Assembly (NCBI RefSeq): GCF_000143415.4
Contig: NW_003314280.1
Span: forward strand, 1,550,894 to 1,614,893
Length of the DNA: 64,000 bases
Reading direction: 5' to 3'
Source: Selaginella moellendorffii
Taxonomy: Eukaryota > Plantae > Lycopodiophyta
Position 1 is the first letter of the stretch. Every line of letters begins with the position of its first letter. The position numbers and the translations under genes are program-made. The notes under the pieces are model-generated. The model had not been told where the DNA came from. It made no database searches and was given only the letters and a program-made list of their open reading frames with translations. Positions 11,502-24,369 of this stretch are shown here, in pieces.

Positions 11502-13085
11502 ATGGAAGAGCAAGAGGTGGTGCTCGCGACGCCTCTGATGAAAAATGAGAGTGGGGAAGGACCGAGCAGAACATACAGTGGCGAGGGGTTCTCGGCTCTC
11601 AGGCAGCTTTCTGGAAAGCGGCAATTCAAGGTGGTCAGGTCCTTTCAGGAAGGGGCTTTTGACGCGAGCATCGGCCATGGAGGTTTTTTTTTTCTTTGCC
11701 TGTTTTTTGAATGCTTCGTCGATCGCTCTGTTTGTGTGTTCTGACTGGTTTTGTTTTGTTTCTTCGGTTTCTGATTTTTTCTTGTTTGTTTTATTGGCAG
11801 GAATCCGTGAGTATAACAAGAAGCAGCGCGAAGCGCTTGCTATGTTTGAAGAGGTTGATGCGCTGAGTCATCTGGGACAAGGACTGAGAGACGATGGTAA
11901 ATCGAGTGCTGATCGGGAAGCTCTGGCTGTTAACTGCTCCAATCTGTGGAACGTCATACTTCTTGCTTTGAAGGTTTGCTTCTTTTAAAGGTTCAAGCAT
12001 TTCAGTTCCTGCGTTTTTCTTCCAGGTATATGCAACAGTAGCAAGTGGTTCTCTGGCAATCGCGGCCTCGACACTAGATTCTCTCCTTGACTTGTTGGCT
12101 GGCGGCATTCTTTGGTTCACCCAATGGACAATGAAAAGGACGGACATTTACAACTATCCCATCGGGAAGCTGAGAGTTCAACCAGTTGGCATTGTGGTTT
12201 TCGCGGCTGTTATGGCAACTCTTGGTAAGTTTTTCTGTCGTTGTGAACTGGCATTAAAAAGGTAATGCAATGCAGGCCTCCAGGTGCTTATAGAAGGCGT
12301 GAGACAGCTTCTCGACGGGAAGCCCAAAACTCACCTAGATATGTCACAGTCGATATGGATGATAGCGATCATGGGAACAGCCATCGTCGTCAAGCTGGGA
12401 CTCTTTCTGTACTGCCGGAGCTTCAAGGACGAGATAATTCTCGCGTATGCAATGGTAACAAGTTCTTTTTGCGCTGGTTTTCTCGGTACTTACGAGAATT
12501 CACCTCAACAGGATCACCAGTTCGACGTGATCACGAACGTGGTTGGCTTAGCGGCAGCTCTACTTGCTGATCGCTTCTACTGGTGGCTGGATCCCATTGG
12601 TGCTGTAGCTCTGGCGATCTACACCATTGTCAATTGGTCCAAGACGGTTTTCGAGAATGCAGGTAATTGCTCTCCTATGCTACTTCACAAAGGTTCATTG
12701 TCTTAGTTCATTCACAGTGTCGTTGATCGGAAAGTCGGCACCACCGGAAGTCCTCCAGAAGCTGACTTACATGGCTTTCAATCACCACCGTGACATCCAA
12801 CACATTGACACGGTCCGCGCTTACACATTTGGAGCTCTCTTCTTCGTTGAGGTTGGTCTCTCCTTTCCTAGCGAAGATTATCTCGTCTCAAGATATCGTC
12901 TCCTTTCACAGGTTGATATCCAACTTCCAGAGACGATGCCACTGAAAGAAGCTCACGACATTGGCCAATCTCTGCAAGACAAGATCGAAGCTCTCGCAGA
13001 AGTAGAGCGTGCTTTCGTCCACCTCGATTTCGAGTGCACGCACAAACCAGAGCACCAAAAGAGCCACTTCATCACAGACGTGTAA
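11502..13085 (+). CDS. Metal tolerance protein (Mn-CDF, MTP8-11 group), copy A
   Basis: [91 protein letters not shown]. Confidence 0.93.
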
Positions 13086-13206
13086 AATAGACAGAGGCGG
13101 TTCGGAGAAAGGAATCGAACCTGGAACCCCCTTGCGCTAGAGAATAAAGTTTAATTATCCTGTTTCTAGGGTTAGGGCTCCTTGCGAGCAGAGGAAATTC
13201 TGGAGG

Positions 13207-16145
13207 ATGGGACGGAAGTCCGAGGCCAGATCGGCCGTGGCGGTGAAGGTATGGGAGATTGTGAGCTTAGAGCGAGCGGTGTGAGGAGCGATGAAGAATT
13301 CGGCAGATTCTGAGGTCCCCCAGTCGCCGCGCTTGAGCTGATCGAGCAAGGAATTCGTTGTGAAGTGATCTTCGTTTTCGGTTTGTAGGAAGGGAATGCG
13401 GCACCCGGAGACGAAGATTACGAGCTGCTCTACTCCAAGGATTATGTTGCGATCCATCCGAGCTGGAACGAGAGAATCAATGGCCAGCTGCGGCTCATCA
13501 AGCAGGGATTCTCGGTTTTCATGGTAAATGTATCATAGAAATCGTGATCCGGGGGTCTAAGCTCTTCTCTCTCTTTTTTTTTCATGCTTAGTCGTGGATG
13601 CCTTCCAGCGATCCAGGAAGGAAACAACGAGGGCCGAGTTTTGAGAGAGGTAAGCCAGTGACTTCTCATACGATGCTCCTTTAAGTTGACTTTTCTCCCA
13701 GATAGAAGTCTGTACACTATCCGGGCTGTTGCTCTGGAAGAGATGAAGTCTATAAGACGGCACACGCCTCCTTTCGGCTGGCAGTACATCATCGTTGTTT
13801 TAAACAGTGGTATGTTACTTCTTCTTCCCTTAGATCTCTGTTGTGACTCATTTACGATGGCTGCAGGACTGGCTTTTCCGCCCCTGTACTTTCACAATGG
13901 CGGTGTCCGTGAGTTTCTGGGAACTTTGCGGGAGTATTCGCAGCTTGGGAGGTTTGTAGACCTGTGTCTCCTTTCTACTGCGCACTCAAGTTGTTTGTGC
14001 AGGGCTGGTGACGATCCAAATGTGTATCTTGTGAATGACATCCAAGATCCATTGCAGGTTTGCCGTGCTGGTTTTCTTTACTATAATCGTTGATTATGTC
14101 TCCTGCAGAAAAGTCTTTCGTCATTGGAACTCGCAGATGTTCCTCGGGCGTCACTCATGCCAATATCCAGAGCCACGAAAACTGAGATTATGGAGGACAA
14201 GCCACAACGCTCAGAAGATGATTCGACTAGCAATGACAATGTTCAACGACCTCCCAGGCATAGAGATCCGAACTTCTCTCTTCAAGTTCTGGAAAAGTTT
14301 TCAATGGTTACAAAGTTCGCCCGTGACACTACCACCCAGCTCATGAATGGTCTAGAAACCTTAAACGTGGAAAACGCGAAGCGACCTAGCACGCTGACGA
14401 TGGAAGCTGTGCCGGAGAGGATAGTTTCTTTTCAAGAAGCAGCAGCAACCTCAGAGGTTAGTTTCACTACATTCCACCTTCATCCTCTATGTGTGGTGCT
14501 TCAAGTTTTTAATAGCTGCTTAAGCATATAGTGTTAACTTTCTGCAGCAAGGTGAGAATGGAGAAGCATCCACTAACGTGGGCAGCTTTGAGCTTGTGGA
14601 TGGCACTCAGGTACTCGACTTTAACTCTAAATGGTTTTCTAGAAATCCGTCCCTGTCCTGTGTAAAAGTGCCTTGTATTCTTCGGTTTCCTAACTTAGTC
14701 AATGCATGCAGGAGGATGAGCTGCCAGATATTATGGCGGCAAGAGAACCACCCTTGGGTAAATCGGAGGTATGTTTTATAATGTCATTCTTTTCATCCTG
14801 TATTCACTAGCTATGTTCCAGTGGAATTCTTTTCTGGATGGCGAAGGGCGTGTTACTAATCCAAACGAGTTGAAGAAGAGAATCTTTCGAGGAGGAGTAG
14901 AACCGTCTATGCGACCTTTGGTAGATATTGATTCCGCATTAGTTTCTCCAGTCATTTGTTTTATTTCTTTTTGCAGGTTTGGAAGTTCTTGCTTGAGTTC
15001 TTCTCTTTTGATTCAACGTCTAAAGAGAGAGATGCTCTGTTAGTGAAGAGAAGAGAAGAATACCGCGTTTTGAAGGCACAATGGCAGGTACCAAACGTTC
15101 TTTTTTGTTGGTCCTTTTTTCATAGACTTCTCTCTGGTTTCTTAGAGTGTCTCAATTGAGCAGGCAAAGCGGTTCAGCAAGTTCCGAGAACGCAAGAGTC
15201 GCATTGAGAAGGATGTGGTATGTCAATACGATTGGCGTGCAATGTAACCATCTTCTGTTACTCCTTGTATAGGTACGAACTGATCGAGCAACAGAATTCT
15301 ATGGTGGAGACGACAATCCCAACGTCGACATGCTCCGAGATATTCTAATCACCTATTCTTTTTACAACTTTGATCTGGGCTACTGTCAGGTATGCAAGCA
15401 CGTAGCACGAGCTGTTAAATAACCCACTGTTTTCTTACAGGGGATGAGCGATCTGCTATCACCAATTCTTTTTGTAATGCGAGACGAAGAGGAAGCATTC
15501 TGGAGCTTTGCATCTCTCATGGAACGACTGGGTCCGAATTTCCACCGTGATCAAAATGGCATGCACTCTCAGCTTCTGGCTCTTTCGAAGGTACTCGCAT
15601 CCTCTCCTCCCGGGGTTTTAATTTAGTTGTATGTGCAGTTGGTGCAGCTTCTAGATCCCCCACTGCAAGAATACTTCGGCCAAGTGGAGTGCTTGAACTA
15701 CTTTTTCTGCTTCCGCTGGATACTGATACAATTCAAAAGGTGAGCTTATCGTTTTTCCCGTCTGCTCCAGCGTAACGTTTTCTTGTCCAGGGAGTTCGTG
15801 TATGACGACGTCCTGGCGCTGTGGGAGGTGCTTTGGACGAGACACATGTCAGAGCACTTCCACCTCTACATCTGCGTCGCGCTGCTCAAGCGACACCGCA
15901 GGAAGATCATGGACGAGCACATGGTATTCGATACGCTGCTCAAGTTCATCAACGAGCTGAGCGGCCACATCAACCTGGTGTCAACGCTGCACGGCGCGGA
16001 AACGCTGTGCAGACTGGCTGGCGATGCCGGTGCCGCGTGCATACCTCCAGGAACGCCCCCGGCTCTGTCTCGCGACCCTGGTGCCGCGTGCATCATACCT
16101 CCAGGAACGCCCCCGGCTTTACTAGTAGCCCCCGCTCAGTCGTAA
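13207..16145 (+). CDS. Rab GTPase-activating protein, TBC1D15/17 (Gyp7)-like, multi-exon
   Basis: N-terminal YSKDYVAIHP...ERINGQLRL; PPLYFHNGGVREF; IEKDVVRTDR; GYCQGMSDLLSP; FCFRWILIQFKREF. Confidence 0.93.
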
Positions 16146-16265
16146 GTAGCTCGCTCGGCTCGGCTCGGCTCGACGAGAGATAGATTGCGAGGGAGAAGGG
16201 GTATGTAAATACATCGTCCGTCTTATACATGCGTTTTCCTTGTTTTTGTTTCAGCACAGATGTTT

Positions 16266-17383
16266 CTAAACAAGATCGTTGCATCCAGATTTGTCCCCGT
16301 AGCTCCTGGTATCGGTGGGACACTGGCAAGTGAAGCGAAAGAGAGAGGAAGAGTTTTTTTGCGAGAAAGCTTTGGAGCAACTTACCGTGAATTGCAGCGA
16401 TGGTGGACACTTTCGGACGACGTCGTAGCAGAGATCGAAGCAGGGGTTGACGACGTAATCCGGCGACGTTCCTCCGTATCCCCAGATGAGGTCGGCCTTC
16501 ATGCCGGCTTTGGGATTGGTGGTGGCGTTCTTCCTGGGTATGCTGAAGTGAAAGGGGTAAGGTATGCATTTGGGGAACTGGATCGCACACATCTGGATCA
16601 AGGAAAAAACGAATGTGAAGAACACAAGGCTTTCGTTTCCGTTTTTTTTTCCTTTCTTTCTTTACCCAGGTTGTGTATGCCGCGATGCAATCGTTGCAGG
16701 TCCATAGAGTGACGTCGCGGCAGTTCCCCAAAGAGAGAAGATCCTGCCATAGTTTTTCTCGTCTTTCTTTCATCGGCAATGTGAGAGTTCCGTGTTTGTT
16801 ACCTTGAGACGATCGACTTGGCACTTTGCGTAGTTGTCCTCCTTTTTGCCGACGGCCAAGCCGCCCAGTCCAGCGCCAATCTCATTCCTGGTCTGGTAGG
16901 TAATTCCCAGTGGCGAAATCACATCTAAGAGAAGAACAAGGAGGTGGTAAACGTTTTCTATGGCCACCATTCTCCAAAGACGAGAGAGTTACCCACTGTA
17001 GCAAAACCACGTCGGGTCCGTCGCCACGTTGGTCGTCTGGCAGCTCCAATAAGCAGTGTCACAGCTCTCCTGAATCAATCACGAATGAATCAATCCGCCA
17101 GGGAGGGATCCAATCCAACCCAGGTCCAGAGAAAAGAATCCAATCCACCTGCGTGTAGTCGTAAATGTAGTCCCCATTGCTATCTGTGACGGGCATAGCG
17201 GTGCACGGCGACGTCGGACCAGTGCCGCAATCCGGCGAGAGGATCACCTGCGCAAGCTGCGCCTTGGCTAGCCCAAGAAGCGCTGTGTGTAGATAGAATG
17301 GTATAGATTAGAATCGAGGAGAACCGACAGATTCTCTTACTCGAGAGCCCAGCCAGCAAAATCCATGCCGCAGTAGCCTCCAT
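16266..17383 (-). CDS. Secreted Cys-rich Mid1/FAM155(NALF)-like protein, 7 exons, 237 aa
   Basis: Exons 17383-17341, 17282-17149, 17069-16997, 16924-16803, 16743-16666, 16592-16386, 16322-16266 join by GT-AG into an open frame. Signal peptide, then TCNDCIAAYTTWMCAIQFPKC...NPCFDLCYDVVRKCPPSLQFTCP....YG...GCN, the Mid1 cysteine pattern. Confidence 0.8.
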
Positions 17384-17598
17384 TGTCCGCGAGGAAGAAG
17401 AAGGGGGAAACTTTTGAAAGATCAAAGGGCGGTTGACCTAATAAAATTAACGGGTGGATCCTCTGCTACGTGTCCATCTATTTCTATGCCACGTGCCTTC
17501 CATATCCGCCGTTTATGGAAAAAAAGAAGGGATTTTACATTGACAAAATCTTGCCTGTCTCGCTGGCCGGCTTGTTTTTTTTTCTTTTACTCTCTGTT

Positions 17599-20500
17599 TC
17601 ACTGCGGCACATCGTTGCCAAATCTTTGAGCGAGAAATGCGTCTAAATCTTTGCCTGCGTTGCCTTGTGCTGGGTCGATTGGATCCGATGGGAGCCCCCG
17701 GATGCAAGCTAGAATGTGGCTCACGTCGCGGTATAGCCTGGAAATAAAAAGACCATCAATCCAAGAGACGATCCAAACACTATAATACCACCTTCGGTCT
17801 CCTTGAGGAGTCGATACTTCCAGGCTCGAGAACGTTTCCGTGAGTTGGGTGTGGAATATCAACACCACCCGGCTGAAAGAGAGACATCGAAGGTTAGATA
17901 GAACAGCCAAAGAGAAAAACGAAAGAGGATGGATACGTAACGAGAAAATGGAGCGAAGGTCGTCCTCGAGCAGTAGCGGCGACAGCACCCTGTGCAAGAC
18001 TCCCACCTCCTTAGTGAGAGTCCGAGCAAACTGGCTGGGCTGTGCGTCTGCGTCGTCGGGAGCGGCTTTGTTCCATCCTTCCACGACCTGTGGTAGAATT
18101 CTTAGATGTACCTGGAGCCTCTCTTTCATGATTTGTACGAGCTTTGTGTGGATCTCTTCCCTGTGGACTTTATAATCCTGCGATAACAAAAAGAGTACTC
18201 GTGTTAGGAGATGAGGAGGAGCCGAGCTCTACCTGAGCAATCCGATCCAGCTCGTTTAGCAACAAGGCCTTTCTCGGGTCCGGAATAAACACAGACAGTA
18301 CTTTCTTCATCTCTACACAGAGAAAAACTTAGCGAGAGATTGACAACAGACATTGTTGGTACGAACCAGGAATGAGCACGTGGAAGAAAGTGATCGTCTG
18401 GCTCGCCAGTGCCAAATGCTTGGCAGTGATGGATTTCAACCCCGAAACCTGCGTAAAAGAACTTGTCAACCTTGCTTCAATCGATCACGTAAACTACCTG
18501 AAGAGCGCCAGCTCCTAGTACTAGTTGGCAAGCGCGAGAATTAAAGACCTTCAAAATTTCGGCAACACGATGAACCACCTCCGCTGCTAAGGCCGGCAGG
18601 GCGTTGCTCAACTCCACATACTCGGCAATCATTTTCAGAAGAATCAAGCCACTGCAGTTCGAACAGAAAATTAGCTCGCGTCTACCACATCTTTCCACGT
18701 ACCTGTTTACCGTATGGTAGCCTATTTGCCCGATTCGAATTGTCTTTATAGACTTTTCCCGGAGCTTCTTATCCACGGTAGTCACTGTGCTGGAGTCCGT
18801 CTCCAACTTCTCATCATGTGGCGCAATACTGCCTCCATTTTCAACTGGTTGACACTCGCCATTAGCCTCAGAATGACTCTCGGCTTCCCCATTCTCAAGC
18901 GAATCGTCAAAAATAAAAACTTTGTCGACGATTTCTTGAAACTCGTCAGGAATATCAACTGCAACCCATGTTTCTTGATCTAACACCGCGGTGATCTTGG
19001 TTATCTGGAACACATTATAGTGAGACATTTACATTTGTGGAAGTAGCTTACCCGAAGTATGTGCTGAGAATCAACAAAGGACTTGGACTGAGACTGCAGG
19101 GTGCCACGAATGCTGTATCCCAACCGACCTCCCACCTGAGAAAGGCAAGTTCGCAAGAACTTTACATGCTTCTTCAAAGTTTACCTTTTCAGTAGCAGCG
19201 ATGAATTCCTGTGTCACGTCGTGAATGCTTACAAACTCTTGTAACCGTAGCTTTGGATGAACAGGTGCCCGAACACCAAGTAGCTTGACCCAGCGACCAT
19301 GGGCAGCATCGCATGCAGCCCACAGTGCTTCGGTGTTTTCGCGCAACACATCCGCCCTTGAAAGCAAAGGTTAGAGGCCAGGCAGATTTCTCAATAAAAA
19401 AAGTACCTGAACTGCTTAGATATACTTGAAAGTTGAACCCCTCTTCCTCTTAAATTAAGAGGATCGCTATCTGTAACAATTTGCGCCAAGGATCCTTGCG
19501 GTTCTACTTCTTCTGCAGCTTCAGCAGCGGCGACAGCAGCGGCGACGGCAGCGGCACCAGAAGCAAATGCTGCGGCAACAGCTTCGGCGGCAGACGTTCC
19601 TTGTAGGCCGCTTACAATTTGCTCCACTAATTGTCGAATTTTGGCAGCTCTCACCAAGCGCGTCTGTGACGCCCATGTTAGACAAACGGAAGGCTTAGAA
19701 CTCCTCCAACCTGAATGATTTTGAATACTGCGACAAGGAGTTGTACGAAGGCATCCGGAGAAAGACTTCGCAATTTTGCAGCAAGGTTTAGTCCGGAAAC
19801 TGCCACAAGAAATTAACTGGAACATCAGATGATGCATGAAGGTTATTTACGTACCATCTATTTCGGTTTGCTTCTCTGTTGCAGGAGAATCACCAGAAGA
19901 CCGATTCAAAAGAATTGGAAGGCATTCAGCTACTACGGTTTTGATTGCAGACTTGACATCTGTGGTTAATGTGTCCTTGTAAACCTTCAAAACGGCGGGT
20001 AGCTTTGACTGCCATCGCACGTAAATCAAACATGAGCTTTTGCCATTAGAAACGATAGAACCTACTGTTCTCAATAGGCCGATTACAAATGGTACAAGCA
20101 GCTCGCGAAGGTTGGTTTCCTCCTCTTCGTTGACTTGCACCTGAGAAAATCGGTAAGTAATTTGACAGACTTCATATCAACAACTCACCTCTACAGACAT
20201 GCTGTAAAGCTTGTCTTTCATGTTAAGAGATGAGATAATCACTGAAGAGTTGAGATCTTTGGAGTTATGTATGGCAATTCTTACAAAATCAGCTGCTAGC
20301 ATGCTGCCAAAGGAGAAGGTGCGAACGTCAACATCATAACTAACCCTTCAAGACCTTACTTGTTTACAGAATCCGTCGATGCTGCCAGTTGATCTCCCAG
20401 ATGCCGGAAGCAATGCATTCCAGCAAGCTCATCGCCTTCCTACACCAAAGAAGTAAAGTCAATCGAAAGTGCTCGATAACCCTGCAGCACATACTCACAA

Positions 20501-21464
20501 GCAATTGTTGCAGCTCGTCTATGACATCCAAGGCACCGCCACAATCTGCAGTAGCAACAAGCTGCTCAATAAGAAAACAAGATTAGACTTGCATTGTCGT
20601 CAACGTCTAAAGGCAAAAGGAGGGAGAGATCCTTACAATTCGTAGCGCAGAGACCGCTTGGTTGACGTAAGTCATGAGCTTCAGCTTGTCGTGCAGCGCT
20701 AGAACATTCTCCCTTTGCCGGCTGAGTGTGTGAACTTGGGTGGCAGAGCCCACGAGATCGTTCTCCAGCAAACGCACGGTCGATTTGAGCTCTTTCATCT
20801 GCTGGCAGGCTTCCAGCATCCTCTCATTGAGATCCTCGAGCTGCTTCTGGGCCTCGAAGAACGACTCGGACCTGGCAGAGATCTCCTTGACAAGATGAAC
20901 TTCCACCACGTCCAGGTACTGCGTCAGCCTCTCCTGGAGCATTATATTCTGTGGGATGGTCGAGAAGGGACAGGCCGCCTGGAACGTCGATCCCCTCTCC
21001 AGCGCAAAGTCTTCGTCGAAGAACATGTTTGGGATCTCTCGAAGGCAAGCCGCGAGCCCTTCTCCTCCTTTAAGTCCCATTTCCCCGCTGGAAGAAGAAG
21101 AAGTGCTCGGCCCATCCTCCTCGAGAAAGAAATGCTCCTGGACGTCCACGAAGCGGCTGTATGGCTCCGAGATGGATTCCACGTACGCACGGAAATCTGC
21201 CTCTGGGAGGAGGGATTTCGATGCCGGGGGAGCCGCGGCGTCGATGGAAGAGGAAGGATCGGCCGAGAAGATCCAGCTGCTCCACGACGAATCCGAGCCG
21301 GAGTGGTGTGGATTGTTGAGAATGGAGGCGAGGCTCTGGCCGGCGCTGTAAGTGCTGGGATCAAACTCGGGAGTGAGCCTGCTCGAGAATCTCCCATGCG
21401 TGGAAAAGCTCTTGTTGCGCCTGCTGCCACTGCCGCCAAGAGATTTCGGCCGTGGCGACTCCAT
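17599..21464 (-). CDS. VPS54: GARP complex subunit VPS54, multi-exon
   Basis: QSLASILNNP; LQERLTQYLDVVEVHLVKEISARSESFF; LDQETWVAVDIPDEFQ; FNSRACQLVLGAGA; DYKVHREEIHTKLVQIMKERL. Confidence 0.94.
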
Positions 21465-21711
21465 CCTTGGCGGATTCCTAGCACGAATCCCTCGATCTCG
21501 ACCTTGCGGAGGCCGGCGCCTCCATAATATCCTCTAGCTCGGGCATCCAGCCAGAGATCCGCGAATGCGTCGCGGGATCCCGAGCTCCGGTGGAAATTTC
21601 GAAAATACGTACTCAATCCAGCGCGGGCGAGTGGTAGATCTGCGAGCGCTCCTCCCCCCTCCTTCCCAGGAACCCTAAAACTTTGAAAGCAAACACTCTT
21701 TTTGTTATTTA

Positions 21712-23375
21712 CTATCTATCCACTATGATAAGTCCTCTTTGGTGTTGCGACCTTTGCCTGAAGTCGTGTTCTAGCTGCACGAACGCTCTCTCCACCTCCG
21801 GGAGAGCTTCGAATTTTTGCTGGAGCGTCTGGCCAATCTCGTGAGCGTCACGCAGTGGCATGCTTTCGGGCAATTCGATCCCAACCTGGAAGGAAGAATG
21901 AATCGGTGGAAACACTGAAAAATCAATTTTTTTTACCTCCACGAAGTACAAGGCACCAAATGTGTATGCTCGGACGGTGTCAATGTGCTTGATGTCTCTG
22001 TGATGATTGAAAGTTATGTAGGTGAGCTTCTGCTGGATCTCCGGAGGAGCAGCCTTCCCAATCAGCGAAACTGGATTCAATCACGAGCAAAGAAAAACAA
22101 AGATAAGATCTAAGCTTCGGTCTTTCAACTGTGAAAAAAAACACTTACCAGCGTTTTCGATCACAGTTTCGGACCAGTTTACGATCGTGTACACCGCCAA
22201 AATGATCGCGCCGACTGGATCGAGCCACCAGTAGAACTTGTCAGCCAGAACAGCAGCAATCAATCCTACCAAATTGGTGACAACATCAAAGTAGTGATCC
22301 TGCAACGCTCCATTTCAAAAACAAAAACAACGATAGACGAAAAGTGGATTGATCACCTTTAGGCTAGAGCCGATTACTAGAGTTTTCTTTTGTGGCCTAC
22401 CATTGCATAAGCTCGTATGATCTCGTTGTCAAAGGCTCTGCAGTAAAAGAAGAGTGCAAGCTTGACAAGCGTTGCTGTCCCCATTATGACAAGAAGCCAC
22501 ACCCACTGGCTCTGACTAAGTTGGTTCTCCTCGCTCTTTTCAAACAACTGTTTCACTCCCTCGAGGAAAATCTGTAGACCTGTAAGCTCTGTAAATCATC
22601 TCGCATGGAAAAAAAAAAACTCCAGCCAGAACGTACCTACAGTAGCCATGACCGCGGCAAAGATTATGATCCCCACCGGTTGAACTCGCAGCTTCCCGAT
22701 CGGATAGTTGTAAACATCCGTGCTTTGCATCGACCATTGTGTGAACCATAGGATCAAACCGGCGACGAGATCCAAGAGTGAGTCGAGAGTTGATGCTGCG
22801 ATAGCCAGGGACTGCGTCTGGATGGTCGCGTATAGCTGTAAACAAGGAAACGTTTTTGTTTTCCTCTAAGAAGTACAAAGAGAAATCATACCTTCATGAT
22901 CAGCAAGATCACGTTGGAGATGTTTGAGATGTTGATCGCAAAGCTCTCGTTGCTATGAAGAGTGCCATCGATGCTTTCAGCGCTCTTGGTCGATTTGGAG
23001 ACGTGGAGAAGAGAATCGACCTCCTCAAACATTTCCAGCGCTTCTCTTTGCCTCTTGTTATACTCCCGCACACCTGGTAGAATGAGGAACAGTTTTAGCT
23101 ACCTCCAAGAAAAGAAGAAAAAAAAACCATTGCGCGATACCTTCCGAAATGGGGGCCTCCGTGTCGAGGAATGCGCCCTCCTGGAGCATCTTGTGGCACT
23201 TGAACTGCCATTTCCCCGAAATCCTCCGCAGCATCGACATGCTCTCGCGTCGCCGATGCCGCTGCTGCCGCTGCTGCTGCTGCTGCCCAGCGCTTTCATC
23301 CACAATCACGCCGCTAGAGCGCCGCCTCGACGGCTGATCCATGCCCGATTCCGGGAGCAGCGGCGCATTGAGCAT
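21712..23375 (-). CDS. Metal tolerance protein (Mn-CDF), copy B
   Basis: Same exon structure and motifs as copy A ([38 protein letters not shown]), opposite orientation. Confidence 0.92.
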
Positions 23376-23461
23376 TCTATATTTCACTCCAAGAACCCTA
23401 AAACATAACTACATTTCTTTCCCAGGGCCAAGAACTCTACTAGGAGCCCTAGGAATTCGTC

Positions 23462-24314
23462 ATGAGCGGCGCTTCTAGCTCTTGCCCGCCCTCCGATCGC
23501 TCCGGCAATCAAATGTGGGCGCTACAAGTGAATGGGGTAAGCCGCTGCCAGTCTCTCGCATCAATCCGACCAAAATATTTCTTCTAGGAAATCCCTCGCG
23601 CCCCATCTACGCCTGGCCGGGAGCAACTCAAATCATCGCAGGAGAAGCTGGATGACATAATCAAGAGCAGCACTAGCAGCAGCGGCAAGAATCTCCGGTG
23701 CGTGATTATTTTTTCTTCTTCTTCTTCGTTCACTCTATCAAGTTCGTTTCTATCAGGCCAGAGAATGGTAACTGTCTTTCTTTCTCTCCTTCACTACATT
23801 GAAAGTGGTTTTTCTGCGCTAGAACGCCAAGAAATCCCTGAGGTCGACCTTGATGATGATACTACTCCTGAGGCAAGCTCTTCCCTTCTTTCATTCTCGT
23901 TCTAAATTTTTTAGAAGGCACACAGACAAATATCCAGCCGAATTCCAGGCTTCCAACAATCGAGGAACTAAATTCGAGTTTGCCATACAAGCTTCCATTC
24001 TTTCAGGTACGGATTTCGCTTTCCATGTCTTGGTTTTTTTAATACTTTTGCTATAGAACTCCGAGGTCGATCTGAGGCCACTTCTAAAGAATCTTTTGCC
24101 AGTGTGGGAGGTCAGCCGTCTTAGAACACAAGGAGAAAAAGTCTGACAGTTCGTTACTCCAGGTTGACGAAGATGATACTCTCTGGGATCGTGATTCTCT
24201 ACTTGCAGAGGTTTCTTTTCTTGTTCTACGAAGATTGCCCTCACCAAAGTTTTACAGATTCAACTCAAATTCAATGAAGAACGTAGGAAACAACGTAGTG
24301 AGAACTCGCATTGA
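23462..24314 (+). CDS. IFT43: Intraflagellar transport protein 43 (IFT-A subunit), 8 exons, ~161 aa
   Basis: Exons 23462-23536, 23588-23697, 23757-23767, 23823-23872 (GC donor), 23926-24006, 24057-24110, 24163-24210, 24258-24314. Product ...EIPEVDLDDD...RLPTIEELNSSL...SEVDLRPLLKNLLPVWEVDEDDTLWDRDSLLAEI, matching the IFT43 C-terminal motif (IDLKLLTKVLAP..EV.EDD..WD.D.L..E). Confidence 0.78.
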
Positions 24315-24369
24315 TAAAGGTGTGTTTTATTTTATATTTCTCTCGAGAAACCATGTTGCAAATAATTAA

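Noticed and set aside
13100-13140. B-box-like GGTTCGATTCC with a short stem on the minus strand
   Set aside because: No A-box or cloverleaf could be built; at most a tRNA/SINE scrap.
16880-16890. In-frame TGA in the Mid1-like gene (possible selenocysteine) if the GTAACT donor at 16992 is used
   Set aside because: The donor 4 nt upstream (A|GTGGGT, 16996) gives a fully open frame with the conserved Cys pattern, and land plants lack Sec machinery.
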